DNA of 63,971 nucleotides, counting the filler, from an uncultured Methanosarcinales archaeon (GTDB taxonomy: Archaea; Nanobdellota; Nanobdellia; Woesearchaeales; CAZKBD01): the NCBI GenBank assembly GCA_964550945.1. It is 5 parts of 5 records of this genome, joined end to end, with 100 filler letters (N's around TTAATTAATTAA, not from the genome) between each part and the next. Parts side by side here need not be neighbours in the genome. Positions count along the whole stretch, not along the records: positions 47,218 to 62,213 come from CAZKBD010000041.1; 4 more parts are not named here. One strand, given 5' to 3'. This document shows, one piece after another, positions 47,218 to 59,400 of the stretch. The notes beneath the pieces were generated by a model, which ran no database searches, was not told the DNA's origin, and saw nothing but the letters and a program-made list of their open reading frames with translations. Each line of letters opens with the position of its first letter. Within the stretch, counting starts at the first letter, position 1. Position numbers and translations under genes: made by a program.

Positions 47218-50200
47218 TTTATAAATTCCTTTGATGCATCTGTAAACCAAGTATTTTTTTATAAGCCCTTTCTGGGCATTTAAAATATTTATATAAATAG
47301 AATTTAATCTTTCATACTTAGCTAAGGCTTCTTTTATACGGCCTTCTTTGATAAGGCGGTTTGTTTCATCAACAATCTTTATTATTTGGTCTTCTTGCAG
47401 GCGGTTGATAGAACTATAAACCTCTTTTATTCTTTTATACAAGCCAGAACCTAGATTTAAGCGAATAAGCCCAATATATTCGGACTTTAATTTTTTGTAG
47501 AGTACAGCTGCTTTTACCAGAGAGCCGGCACTTATAAGACTTTTAATCTCATCATACAAGCTGTTAAACTCTGCTGATTGCTTATCTTTGACGATCTGCT
47601 TTTTTGTTTTGTTTAATAAACTGTAAACTTCTCTTATCTCTAGGTATAGCCTGCTTTCTTTAATCCCTATATTCAGGTTTACTAATTCAACAAAGCTGCT
47701 CCTTAGTCGATTATATTCTTTATGCGCTTCTTTGGGATCTGTGCGGACCAACTCGTTTATTTTTGCGGCAGAATCCTCAAATCCTTTTATCTGCTCATTG
47801 ATATGCTCTTTTCTGAATTCGCTTAGCAGCTTGTAAATCTCTTTGACTTTATAATAAACAGAGTAGCCTGCTCCAAATCTAACAGCAAGATCGATATAAA
47901 CCACTCTCAGCTGTTTATAACTGCTTAGGGCTGAGATGTCTTTTGCATTAATTTGTTCTTTTGTTTTTATTAATAGGCTATCAAATTGCTCTACTATTTT
48001 TTCCTTTTGAATGGCTTTGAGCAGTTTGTAATTTTCGTTAATCTTTCTATGCAAGCTAAACCAATTAAACATGCTTGATTTTATCAAGATGACATAAGCT
48101 GCTCTCAGCTGGTTATAGCTTTCAAAGGCAGCAATATCCCTTAGGCTGATCTGCTCCCTAACTTTAGATGCTAACTCATTAAACTGGGATAACTTTTCAT
48201 TTTTATTGAAATCTTTAAGTAAACTATAGCCTTGCCTGGCTTCTTTGTATAAACTGAACCAATTAACTGCTCCAGATCTTATCAGGCGGATGTATATTGC
48301 TCTTAATTCCCTATACTTGGCTGAAGCACTTTCAATATTTTTTGTTTCAATATCTTGATTTAGAGCTGTGAGTAATGTATCGAATTGGTCCAATCGTTGC
48401 TCTTTTCTTTGGTTTTTAAGTAACCTACAAACAGCCCTAATCTCCAGATACAATCTGTAGCTTCCAGCTAATCCTAACCCTGCCAGCCCAGTTAGTCCAG
48501 CCAAACTAACATACAATGCTCTCAGCTGGTTATAGCTTTCAAAGGCAGCACTATCCTTTAGGCTGATCTGCTCTTTTATTTTGGATATTAATGTGTAGAA
48601 TTGGTTTAGCCTTTCTTTTCTACGCAAGTCATTTAATAGATTGTAGCACTTATTGGTTTCTTTATACAACAAGCAATTAATGAAGCTTGATTTTACCAAA
48701 TTTATGTATTCAACCCTAATCTCTTTGTAGACAACTATGGCTTTTTCGATATTTTTTGTTTCGACATTGCGCTTGAAATCATCTACTAATATTTTGAAAT
48801 GCAATAACCTTTTGTTCTTCTCTAAGCGCCTTATCTGGTGATAACTGAAGTTTACCTGCCTGTACAGCTGGTGTTTGTTGCCTATGCCTGATCTTATTAG
48901 GTGGATGTAACAAGCCCTTAGTTTCTTGAATTCGTTAACAGCTTGTTTCAGTTTTTCTTCTTCAACTAGGGTGTTTACCTGGATCTTTAGATTGTTGAAT
49001 CTGTCAAATCTCTCATCTGCTTTTTCTTCTGTTAGCTGTTTTAATAACCTGTAAACCTCTCTTACTTCTGCGTATAACATCAATTCCCTAATAATTCCGA
49101 TATGCAATCCTACCAAATCGATATAAGTTGTTCTAAGCTCTCTATACTCCTTAGAGGCTTCTTCAATATTTCTTTCTTTGATATGCTCTTTTGAATTGTT
49201 ATACAGCTCATTGAATCTCCACAGCTTGTCATTTATCTCTGTTGCCTTTATTCCCTCTATACTTCGGTATATCTCTTTTACTTTCTTATAAAGCCCGTAT
49301 TCTTTGAACAAGCCTAAATGCAGCGTTACTAGTTCTGTATAAACGGCTTTTAATTCAATATAACTCTTGATTGCTTTCTGTTCCAGCCTGTCTTTGATGC
49401 AGCTCTGCGCTTCTAGATACAGCAGATCAAACTGAATTAGTTTCTTATCTTTGACAGCACTAAACTCTTCGTGCTTTCTTATTGTCTCATAAAGATCATT
49501 GACTTTTGAATAGAGCTTCTTTTCCTGGCTCTTGCCAAGCCCGATTTTTATTAAATCTATATATACTGCTCTTGATCTTATGTACACAGCGGTTGCTTTT
49601 TCTGTTAGCTTGGCTCTTAGGTATTTATTCGCAAGCTTAATCAGCTTGTCAAATTCAGCCAGTTCTTTCCTTGCAGCCAAAGGCAATTTCAGCATTCTGT
49701 ACTGCCTGTATGCAAATGAGCTTAGGATTAACAATAAAGGTATCAACAGCAGATATACCAAGAAGTAATACACTCTTTCTGGCGAGAAGAATGCTGCGCA
49801 GTCAGCTGGGCAGCTTATTGCGTCCTCATTTTCGCCGCATACACCATTGCCGCAAGAGCAAACGGTGAATATTTCTTCATCGCTAATCTTCTTTCCGATT
49901 ATTATATACTTATCTTCTGAGGAGCATTCATCAATAGCCAAATTGAAGTATCTGCTGCTTCCAAGTGAAGCTTGAGCTCCTTTTAGCTTTAATATCTCCT
50001 GAGCGATTATCTTCTCAATCAACTGCCTGGCTAATGGGTGATCAATCAATTCTGTGTGGGTTACATCCAGCTCCCAATAATCCTTGCACATATCATTGAT
50101 GTATTCGCCGCCAATATTTTGAGCGCTGTAGATTGAGACCAATCCATCGTTCTTTACGCCTTTCTCGAATAGATCGCTACTTGATACTTTGAACAATACA

Positions 50201-53200
50201 AGATTGAATTCGTATGGCTTAGTTCCTGCTATAACATAATAATCAATGCCTGGAACTCTTGGAGTAATGCTTCCTTTTACAAGCTCATCAATCACAGGGC
50301 TGTTTGGATTGAATAATGTCCCAGTGCCTTTCCTATTGATAACATCTTTGAATAAGTTCTTATAAATCTCTGCCCCTGGGCTTCCCTCATTTGGAACTCC
50401 AACCAAAACAACCTTCTTGACTTTAGCCAGATAACCATATTTTACTGATTCGCTGTTTTCATTAAAGCTATCATATAACGCCTTTTGCGTTATCAATCCG
50501 CCAAGGCTGGCAGCAATAATATACACATTATCATACTCTCCTGAATGAAGTTCAAGCTGTTCAGCAAGCTCTTTTGCATTTTCTTCAATAGCTTTTTCAT
50601 AAGGATAGCCAAATGTCCATGTCTGGAATGGCTGGTTTGTCAGCTTAATATCATCAATTATGGCTCTGTAGGATTCTGGACTTCCTCCCAAGCCATGCAC
50701 CAGAATAATTGCATCTCTGCTGCCTTCTTTTGGCTCATATACTTTTGCAAAATTGCTTTCCAAGCAGTTTACGCAAATGACAGCCATCAATGAGAGATGT
50801 ATCTCATTATCCTGGTTAGCGTATTTACTAATATCCTTAATATTCGCTATTACTGTTTTAGCCTCCTTGTTTAGCTTGCCTCCAATATACTCCCAGTCAT
50901 CTCCTCTCCTTCCATAAAGCGCAATGCTGTCTTCATCGATTTCTTTAGTAAGCACATAAGGCAGTGTAACTGTGGTTCCTGTTTTTACTGCTCTGTCAAG
51001 CTTCAATTTTAATGGGGATCCTATTATCATCAAGCTTGGGTTCTTTGGCTCAGGCTCTTTCTCTGTTGATAGGCTGACTGTTACATTCTCTGCTCCTTTT
51101 CCAATAAACTTGATCTTTGTTTTTCCGCTTTGTAATGCAGAGTTCAATGATGATAATGTTATATTCAGCTGTTCAACATCAATTAGCGCAACTTCTGGCT
51201 TGAATACCTCTTCTTTGCGCCATTCCTTGACTATCTTATCTCCGCATAAAAGGCTGGTTAGCTTTGTCATTTCTGTTGGAGCGCACACTCCTTTGGTACA
51301 TTTGATTGTATGCACATCAACGTAATTATCTGGTATGCTGAATGTAAAGTCTAAGGAGTCTCCATTACAGTCTAACTCAAATGGCTGCATTATTGTATCA
51401 TAGCCTTCTGGAACATTGTAAATCCCTTTGACATCTGCTGCGCCAATTGCCAATGATTTTCCACTAATCCATTTGGTTACATTTACGCAAGGCACTAGAT
51501 TCACTCCTACTTCTGTTTTGAATGCCTTATCTATCTCAAGCTCAGGCACAATAATCTCATCCTTGCATTCCCCATTGCTGCATCCAAATTCACACTCTTC
51601 TGTTGAATATACGCAAGCTCCGTCTTCACAAGTGCCGCTGCTGTATAAGCTGTCTCCAGAGCAACGATCTCTGCAAGTTACGCCCTCACAAGGATCAGCG
51701 CATAAGTCAGCCGGATCGCAAGAGCTGCATTGAGCAGTTCCTCCATTATCTTCGCAAACTCTTGGACAACTTACAGTATTTCCACTTGGGCAGGTAATCT
51801 CTAAATCAGGACATGGATGATTATAGCATACATCGATTGGGCATACTAAAGTTGAGCTGCAGTCGCTGCATAAACCATTAGATTGGCTGCAGGTATTTTG
51901 GCAGCTTATCCATTCAGCTGTTTGGACACAATATTTAGTTGAATCCTGGCAAATAATTGCAGCATTCTGGCATACATTATTGACGCAGCTGTCTGTAGTG
52001 CATAAGCTAGCATCAGTGCAATCTGCAGCAGTAGCGCATCCAACGCAAGGCTGTGTTAATGGTGGCTTATTTGCAGTTGTTCCGCAGTTATTTTGATCTG
52101 TGCAAGTTCTTGTCTGCTGCCCTCCAATACAGCTGCCCCATGCAGTACATTGCCAGCTCTCTACACAAACTGGGCATGTTGGTGTGCAAGTTCCACAATT
52201 TCCTGCGCTGCATGTTGGTGTGCACTGAGGTATGCTGTTGTCCCAGCATTGTTGTCCATATATTGGGCTGCATACCTTTGGAGTTCCAGAGCAGCTTCCA
52301 CTTGAGCAAACATCATTTTCAGTGCAGGCATTATTATCACTGCAGCTTGCAGTGTTTGGTGTATATACGCAGCCAGTTGCGCTGTTGCAGCCGTCATCTG
52401 TGCAAGCATTGCTATCATCGCAAGTTATCTGATTATTAGAACATGATCCACCAGAACAACTGTCTGTAGTACAAGCATCATTATCATTGCAATCCACTCC
52501 TGCACATGTTTGAGGTGGGCAACTTCCACAATCGGCTATACAACTTGAGCAACCCTCTCCAGCCTCACAAGTTCCGTCTCCACAAACTTTCACATAATTA
52601 ATATCTAAAGTAATATTATTGCTCTTGGTGATATTCAAGCTATCATTAGCGTAGAAAGTGATATTCTCTTGGCCATACCAATTACCAGCATCTAAAGTTA
52701 CAATGCCATTACTAATTGTAGCAGTAATACTTGAGTTACCTTTAGAGGTATAAGTTAAGCTATCTCCATTATGGTCATAGAAGTAATCATCCAGATCAAT
52801 CAGATTGTAGCTGGTTCCCCTGCTCCAGCTGGCATTTCTGATAACCTGGCTTATGTTTAGGCCGCTTAAAACAATTGTTCCTTGTTTTTGTGAGCTGATT
52901 GCCACATCAATTGTACAAGTCAATCCGCTATTAGCTAAACTACATCCGCTGCAGCTGCAATCTCTCAATAGGCTGTTTAATGAATCAGTTATATTTGTGA
53001 ATTGCTGTTCTGTTGCGTTTAATGTGTTGGTGAAGTTCCATTCAACAATTCCATCACGGCCTATATCTATCGTTACATTTGCAGGATATGAATTGTTATA
53101 GCTGCTTCCGCTTATGTTCATCGTTGCATTAGTTACATTCACCCTTGTTGAGATCTTTATTGCAGGAGCTATGCTTCCATTTGCTGCCTGGTAAACAGTG

Positions 53201-53814
53201 AATCCAGGAGCATTAAACATCAGATTATTGTAGCTGTAACTAATGATAGTGCAATCAACGCAATCAGAGCCATCTTTTAGCACCCTAACATTGCTGAAAG
53301 TTAAGTTTGATATTGTGATCTTTGCAGTTCTATTGAACTGAGGCACTGCGCTTCCATTTACATAAATATAGTTGTAGCTGATATTGACATTTTTGTCCAA
53401 GTCTAAAACAGGAACATTGCTCAAGTCAATAGTGCTTTCAAAGTCAATTGTGCCGTTGCTGTTGTTTAATACAAGAGATAATGCTGTCCAAACAACCTCT
53501 GTCTTTAATGCGCTGAAATTGAACAAGCTTCTTGTGTCTATTATTGTTGGAGGCAATACTGACTGCATTAAGTCAAGTATTACTCCGCTTTCAGTAAGTA
53601 TTTGAGGTATAGTTCCTGCTCTTACATTGGAGGTTAACTGCACTCCTGATTCGTTTACTACATCTCTTCTGACTCCTGAGTCAATCTTGTAAGTTAATCT
53701 TACTTCTTGCTGTTCTTTCACAGCTCCTAATGCAAATAATGAAGATAGGATCAAGATCAGGCTTATCACTATCAAAATCTTATTCAGGTTTTGTTTTCTG
53801 CCTGATCCTTTCAA
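47218..53814 (-). CDS. Giant membrane protein (about 2200 aa, 3'-truncated): signal peptide, Cys-rich repeats, alpha/beta hydrolase, TM, cytoplasmic helical repeats
   Basis: CNDNDACTTDSC-type repeats; LVHGLGGS, AASLGG, DGLVS, HTEL; TM YFLVYLLLIPLLLIL; ~50-55-aa Y..LR..Y..L repeats. Confidence 0.85.
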
Positions 53815-54263
53815 AATTCTACCCTCCTTTTAGTTTTATACAGCTTCATTTTACCGACATAAACCACCTCGACAAATCCTTTCTTTACCAATTCAGAAAC
53901 CAGCCTGGAAGTCGTGGTTAAGGGCACCTTGGCTTCAGAACTAAGTTTCTTTAAGTGGAAAATCTCGTCTTTATTCTCTGAGAAAACCCTAATGAGCTTG
54001 ATAGCCTTTGAATCAATTAAAACATCTGTAGAAGGCAATTTTTCCTTTATTTTGTAGAGCTTGATCTTGCCGACTAAAGTTATATCCAAAAAACCAGATC
54101 CGACTAATTTTGAGACTAAGCGGAAGGTTGTTGCTAAAGGAACCTTGCTTTCTTCTGAAAGCTTTTTCAAATGGAATAACTGACCTTTATTTTGCAGAAA
54201 AACATCTAGAATATTCTTTAGTTTAGAATCTAATAACTGAGTAAGCGCCCTTAAACCACTCAT
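53811..54263 (-). CDS. Tandem winged-HTH protein
   Basis: Duplicated FHLKKLS.E.KVPL.T..RLVS.LV..GF unit; start reassigned to ATG 54263; overlaps start of giant gene. Confidence 0.75.
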   Translation of the reverse strand: MSGLRALTQLLDSKLKNILDVFLQNKGQLFHLKKLSEESKVPLATTFRLVSKLVGSGFLDITLVGKIKLYKIKEKLPSTDVLIDSKAIKLIRVFSENKDEIFHLKKLSSEAKVPLTTTSRLVSELVKKGFVEVVYVGKMKLYKTKRRVEF

Positions 54264-54403
54264 TAAAACGCTACAATGGCTAATAAGGTATATAAATGTT
54301 TTCAATTTTGAAAACATGTTTCCAAAAATGGAATTATCAATATCAGAAAGATTTATATATAAGTTATACTATACTATACAAAAAACATAATATTTTTTAT
54401 ACT

Positions 54404-55633
54404 ATGGTAGATAAAATATATAAACGGGAGATGGTAAACAAAATAGCGGCCTATTTAGATTCCAGAGAGGCAATAATAATACACGGAGCTAGGCAGGTAG
54501 GAAAGACCTCCCTATTGAATTATCTAATGCAAAACCACATCAAGGAAAATGTTTTTTATTTTGATCTAGAACTGCAAAACTTGTTAGACCTATGCAACCA
54601 AGGTACAGAGCAGGTCTACAATTACCTTATCCAAAAAGGCGCAGACGAAAAAAAGAGGATATACCTCATAATTGATGAAATACAATACTTAAAAGATCCT
54701 ACAAAGTTTATAAAAGTCATGCATGACCATTTCCCTAAAGTAAAATTATTAGTTTCAGGATCTTCCACATTTGAAATAAGGAAAAAGTTTAAAGAAAGCC
54801 TTGCAGGGAGAATAATTGCGTTTCAGCTTTATCCATTAAGCCTTGAAGAGTTTCTAGAATTTAAAAATAGAACCTACAAGTTAAAAACGGAAAATGCCCA
54901 AATTATTAATGATGAGCTGATTATTTTGGCGGAGGAGTACATCAAGTTCGGGGGCTTACCAAAAATAGTGCTAGAGAGCAAAGAAGAAAAAAAGCATGTG
55001 TACTTATCCCAGATAATTAACACTTACATCAGAAAGGATATAAGGGATATAGGCAATATTAGAAATATATCCTTATTCAATAAACTGCTTGAAGTGTTAG
55101 CATCGCAATCAGGGCAAATCCTAAATATTTCAGAATTATCAAATGCAGCTGGGATAAATAGGGAAACCGTTTTACAATATCTTGATCTGCTTGAAAATAC
55201 GTTTATAATAAGAAGAATTGCGCCGTTTCATAAAAATTTAAGAAGTGAGTTATTTAAAAATCCAAAAGTGTTTATGCTGGACACAGGGATAATGCACTTA
55301 CTTTGGTTAAAAGAATTTCCAAAGATAATTTTCGGAAATGTTTTTGAAACTTTTGTTTTTCTGGAATTAATGAAGAAGAGCGATAGAATTAATTTTTGGA
55401 GAACGACGAACAAGCAAGAGGTAGATTTTATTCTAAACCGCAAAGAGATTTATGCAGTTGAAGCAAAACTTAATTTTCAGAACGCAGATACAAACAGCCT
55501 TGTTTTTTTTGGCAAGATGTATAACTGCAAGAAGGTTGTTGTTGGGTTGAAGGGAGAAAAGAAAGGAAAATATATCTGGGAGTTAACAAAAGAATTGGAA
55601 GGCAGCAGCGGAAGCCGCCCAATAATACCCTAA
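54404..55633 (+). CDS. AAA+ ATPase, AAA_14/DUF4143 family
   Basis: GARQVGKT, IIDEIQ, SGS, ESLAGR, EVDF..EAK; start reassigned to ATG 54404. Confidence 0.9.
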   Translation: MVDKIYKREMVNKIAAYLDSREAIIIHGARQVGKTSLLNYLMQNHIKENVFYFDLELQNLLDLCNQGTEQVYNYLIQKGADEKKRIYLIIDEIQYLKDPTKFIKVMHDHFPKVKLLVSGSSTFEIRKKFKESLAGRIIAFQLYPLSLEEFLEFKNRTYKLKTENAQIINDELIILAEEYIKFGGLPKIVLESKEEKKHVYLSQIINTYIRKDIRDIGNIRNISLFNKLLEVLASQSGQILNISELSNAAGINRETVLQYLDLLENTFIIRRIAPFHKNLRSELFKNPKVFMLDTGIMHLLWLKEFPKIIFGNVFETFVFLELMKKSDRINFWRTTNKQEVDFILNRKEIYAVEAKLNFQNADTNSLVFFGKMYNCKKVVVGLKGEKKGKYIWELTKELEGSSGSRPIIP

Positions 55634-56269
55634 ATTTGATTTTTCCAACTCTCGAAGAAAAAACTCTCTGAACCTAAAGTTCTCTTTGAGGTTGCCAATC
55701 ACCGGCTCAACAGTTGTTTTTCTCAAGCGATAAACAGCTTTTCCTTGTTTGCTGTGGCTTTAAACATGCACACCCCCATCTGATGGGCGGTTTTTGGCAT
55801 TTTTTAATTATAAATTGGGTTTTATACTTGTTAGAATTCTCTTTATTAACCCATCCAAATCAAAGTGAATTTGTGCGGGCTATAAATTCTAAAGCCGGGC
55901 ATCATTCCAAAGACTGTCAAAAAATGACAGTATTTAAAATAGATATTTGTGCTCTAACAGAGCATACCAGTTTTTCCAGAAGATGATTGGTTTGGATTAG
56001 GATATATTTAGCGACCGTTCATCAAACAGCTCATTGTAATTTACATAGTTCTTGTATAAAGCACAAAAAAGCAGTAAATCACGGAAAATTAGTGCCAAAT
56101 AGATATCTTTTCCTTACTTAACATTTCGAAAGTGACACCTTTTTTGTTGCGCTTTTGTTTTCGTAGATAATATCAAATATATATCAAATTGATACATCTT
56201 ATAGGAAGTTTAGTAATACAATAGAAAAGCTTATATATCATTAATATCAATAAGTGATATAGAGTATAA

Positions 56270-56425
56270 ATGGATGAACTTTTGCATATTAGGATTGGCA
56301 AAGAGATCAAAAGCCAAATGAAGGAATTGATTGATTCTGGGCTTTTTAATAATCAGGCTGAGATTGCTCGCGAAGGAATCAGAGCTCTAATCTTAAAATA
56401 TCAAGAGGTTACTAAGAAAAAATGA
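56270..56425 (+). CDS. Small RHH (CopG/Arc) regulator (51 aa)
   Basis: MDELLHIRIGKEIKSQMKELIDSGLFNNQAEIAREGIRALI; ATGA overlap with 56422 gene; absent from ORF track. Confidence 0.75.
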   Translation: MDELLHIRIGKEIKSQMKELIDSGLFNNQAEIAREGIRALILKYQEVTKKK

Positions 56426-59400
56426 TTCTTGCAAAAAAGATGATGTATTTATTCATCTTTGCAGCTTTAGCTTCACTTGTAGCTGCAGCTACTGTCCCAA
56501 CCTATATAAGCTATCAGGGAAAGTTGGCTAATCAGAGCACAGGCAATGCAATCACGCCAGCTTCTATAAGGATCAATATAACTGACTTGAATAATTTTGG
56601 ATCTGTTGTCTGGAACTCAACCTTTAATGATATTGTTGACAGCCAGGGAGTGTTTAATCTAATCTTAGGTAAAAATTATACATTGAATCTAACTGCTGGA
56701 AAAGATTATCAATTAGTGGCGTTAATTGATTATGGCTCAACGAGTTTTGTTAATGCAGATGTCATATTTGGAGATGACCAGCCATTAGGTGATGAGATAA
56801 TAGTAAATGCTGGCGGCCCTTCTGATGCAACTGAATTAGTGATGAGTGATAATGTAAGCTCTGTTGAAGCTGTATTTAGAAATTATACCTTAAGGACAGG
56901 AGATGTCATGAATGGCAGCTATAACATAACCGGTTATGTTAATATAAGCAAAGATTTGGTAATTGGAGGGTATAAAATAAATATGTCTCCTTTTGGAGAG
57001 ATCAATGCAACAACATTCAGAGGAGCATTTATTGGAGATGGTTTAGGATTGACTGGAGTTGGAGGGGCTTCACCATGGACAATAGGTGATGGGATGTTGT
57101 ATAACTCAACAGGAAGGATTGGGATTGGAACAACTGTTCCATTAGTAAAGCTCCACATTCAAGGCAATGGCTCATTATTGAATATAACCAATGGAACTGA
57201 CACATTCTTGTTCGTAAATTCATCTGGATTTGTTGGGATCGGGATAAGTACGCCGGGCCATTCATTAGTCGTAAATAATAAAGTAAACATCTCATCAGCA
57301 GGCGATGTAAACGCAACTAAATTCTACGGAGATGGAACTGGGTTGACTGGAATCCTGACTTCAGCAGCATTAAACGAGATAAACATAGGGTTAACCCAGA
57401 ACATAACAGATACAAGAGCTTCAATTGTAAATAACATAACTTCAATAAGCACTATATTAAGAACTGACATAACAAGCAATATCACAGCAGTCAGAGCAGA
57501 AATAGTAACAAATCACACAGACTTAGTTTCTAGGATGCAGCTCAACTGGACATACATAACAAATAACATTTCCTTAGCATGGATTAACTTGACTGCATTT
57601 AACACAAGCTTAGGCCTTAAGCTGGACAGAGCTGAATTAGGAGCTTATGCAACAACAGCAATGATAGATGACAATGCCACAAAGCTAAGATCAGAAATAA
57701 GCTCTAATGCAACTGACATAAGAAGCTCAATCAACTTAAACAGAACTAATCTGCTAACCAACATTTCCAGCTTAAACACAACCTTAGGATTAAAAGCAGA
57801 TAGAGGAGAATCATCAACAGATGGAAGCAAGATAGCTAATGGGACAGACGCTAACCTAAAAATCCTAAATATAAGCGTAATAAGGGGAAACACGACTATT
57901 TTAATAAACGCAACAGAAGGAGCAGGAAACATAACTGCATTGGGCTTTGTTGGAAACATAGACTGCGCTAATGTAAAAGGAACTGCTGATAATGTTTGCG
58001 CTGATGCAGATACAATTTTTAGCGATGCAGATTTAGTACAGGCTGATATCGGCAACAAAACCGAGTTAAGAGGCAACATAGACACAAATGCAACTGACAT
58101 AAGAAGCTCAATCAACTTAAACAGAACTAATCTGCTAACCAACATTTCCAGCTTAAACACAACCTTAGGATTAAAAGCAGATAGAGGAGAGTCATCAACA
58201 GATGGAAGCAAGATAGCAAACGGAACTGACGCTTCTTTAAAAAACTTAAATGTCACTTTATTAAACGTAACAAATAATACAATTTTATTAGGAAATTTAA
58301 GCGTTGATACTAATGTTTTATATGTTGATGCTGATAACAATAATGTTGGAATAGGAACAAGCACCCCAAGCGGAAAACTGGAGATTAGTGGGGGTAATGA
58401 CATATTAACAATAAATGCAGACAACACTATTGGTAAGGTTTGGCAGTCGTTCACAGCTGGTGGTTCCACTTATGGGAGATTTATTGTTAATCCGCAAGGA
58501 GTTGAATATTCAGGAAATGATGCTTTTTCAAATCCATCTTTTTTCTTTATGAATAGCAGTGTGGCTATTGGAACAAGGTCAGCTGATTTTAGATTAGATG
58601 TTAACGGAACCGCTAGCTTTAACGAAACAATGTTTATACAGTCAGGTATAGTCAATATCAGTGGAAATCTAATAATCAACAATTACAAAGTAAACATCTC
58701 CTCATCAGGAGATGTAAACGCAACCAAATTCTATGGAGATGGAACTGGTATAACTGGGATAACTGCAACAGATGGAAGCAAGATAGCAAACAACACAGAT
58801 GCAACATTAAACAGCCTCAATGTAACAAACAGCATGGCAGTGAATTCAAACACTCTTTATGTAGATTCTGCAACAAATAGAGTAGGAATACGCACATCAT
58901 CTCCAGACTTTAATCTAGAAATAGTAAATGATGGTGCAGCAGGCTCAATCTATATGACTGGCTACAGGCCAACTGCTGGAAATGGTGCGTTTATTGGTGT
59001 AAGAAGCGCAAGAGGAACAGAAGCAGCGCCAACAGCATTGGCTTTAGGAGATACAGCAGGAACATTCTCAGCACAAGCTTATAATGGCTCTGATTGGCAA
59101 GGTGTTGGAAGGCTAAGATGGCATTTAGATTCAAACACTTCTGGGCTTTATGGCAGCACAATAGAGTTTATGAACAGGAACGGTGCTGGTGCAGAAGCAG
59201 CTCAAATGGTGCTTAATGAGAATGGAAGCTTAGGAATTGGCACAGAATCACCATCAGAAGATTTGACAATAGGAGCAAATAAAGTAAATATCTCTTCTAA
59301 TGGAGATGTAAACGCAACCAAATTCTACGGAGATGGCTCTGAATTGACTGGAATCCTAACTTCAACAGCATTAAACGAGATAAACCTAGGATTAACCCAG

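Noticed and set aside
55714..55986. 90-aa ORF in the long intergenic region
   Set aside because: TTG start, no SD, no motif; unsupported
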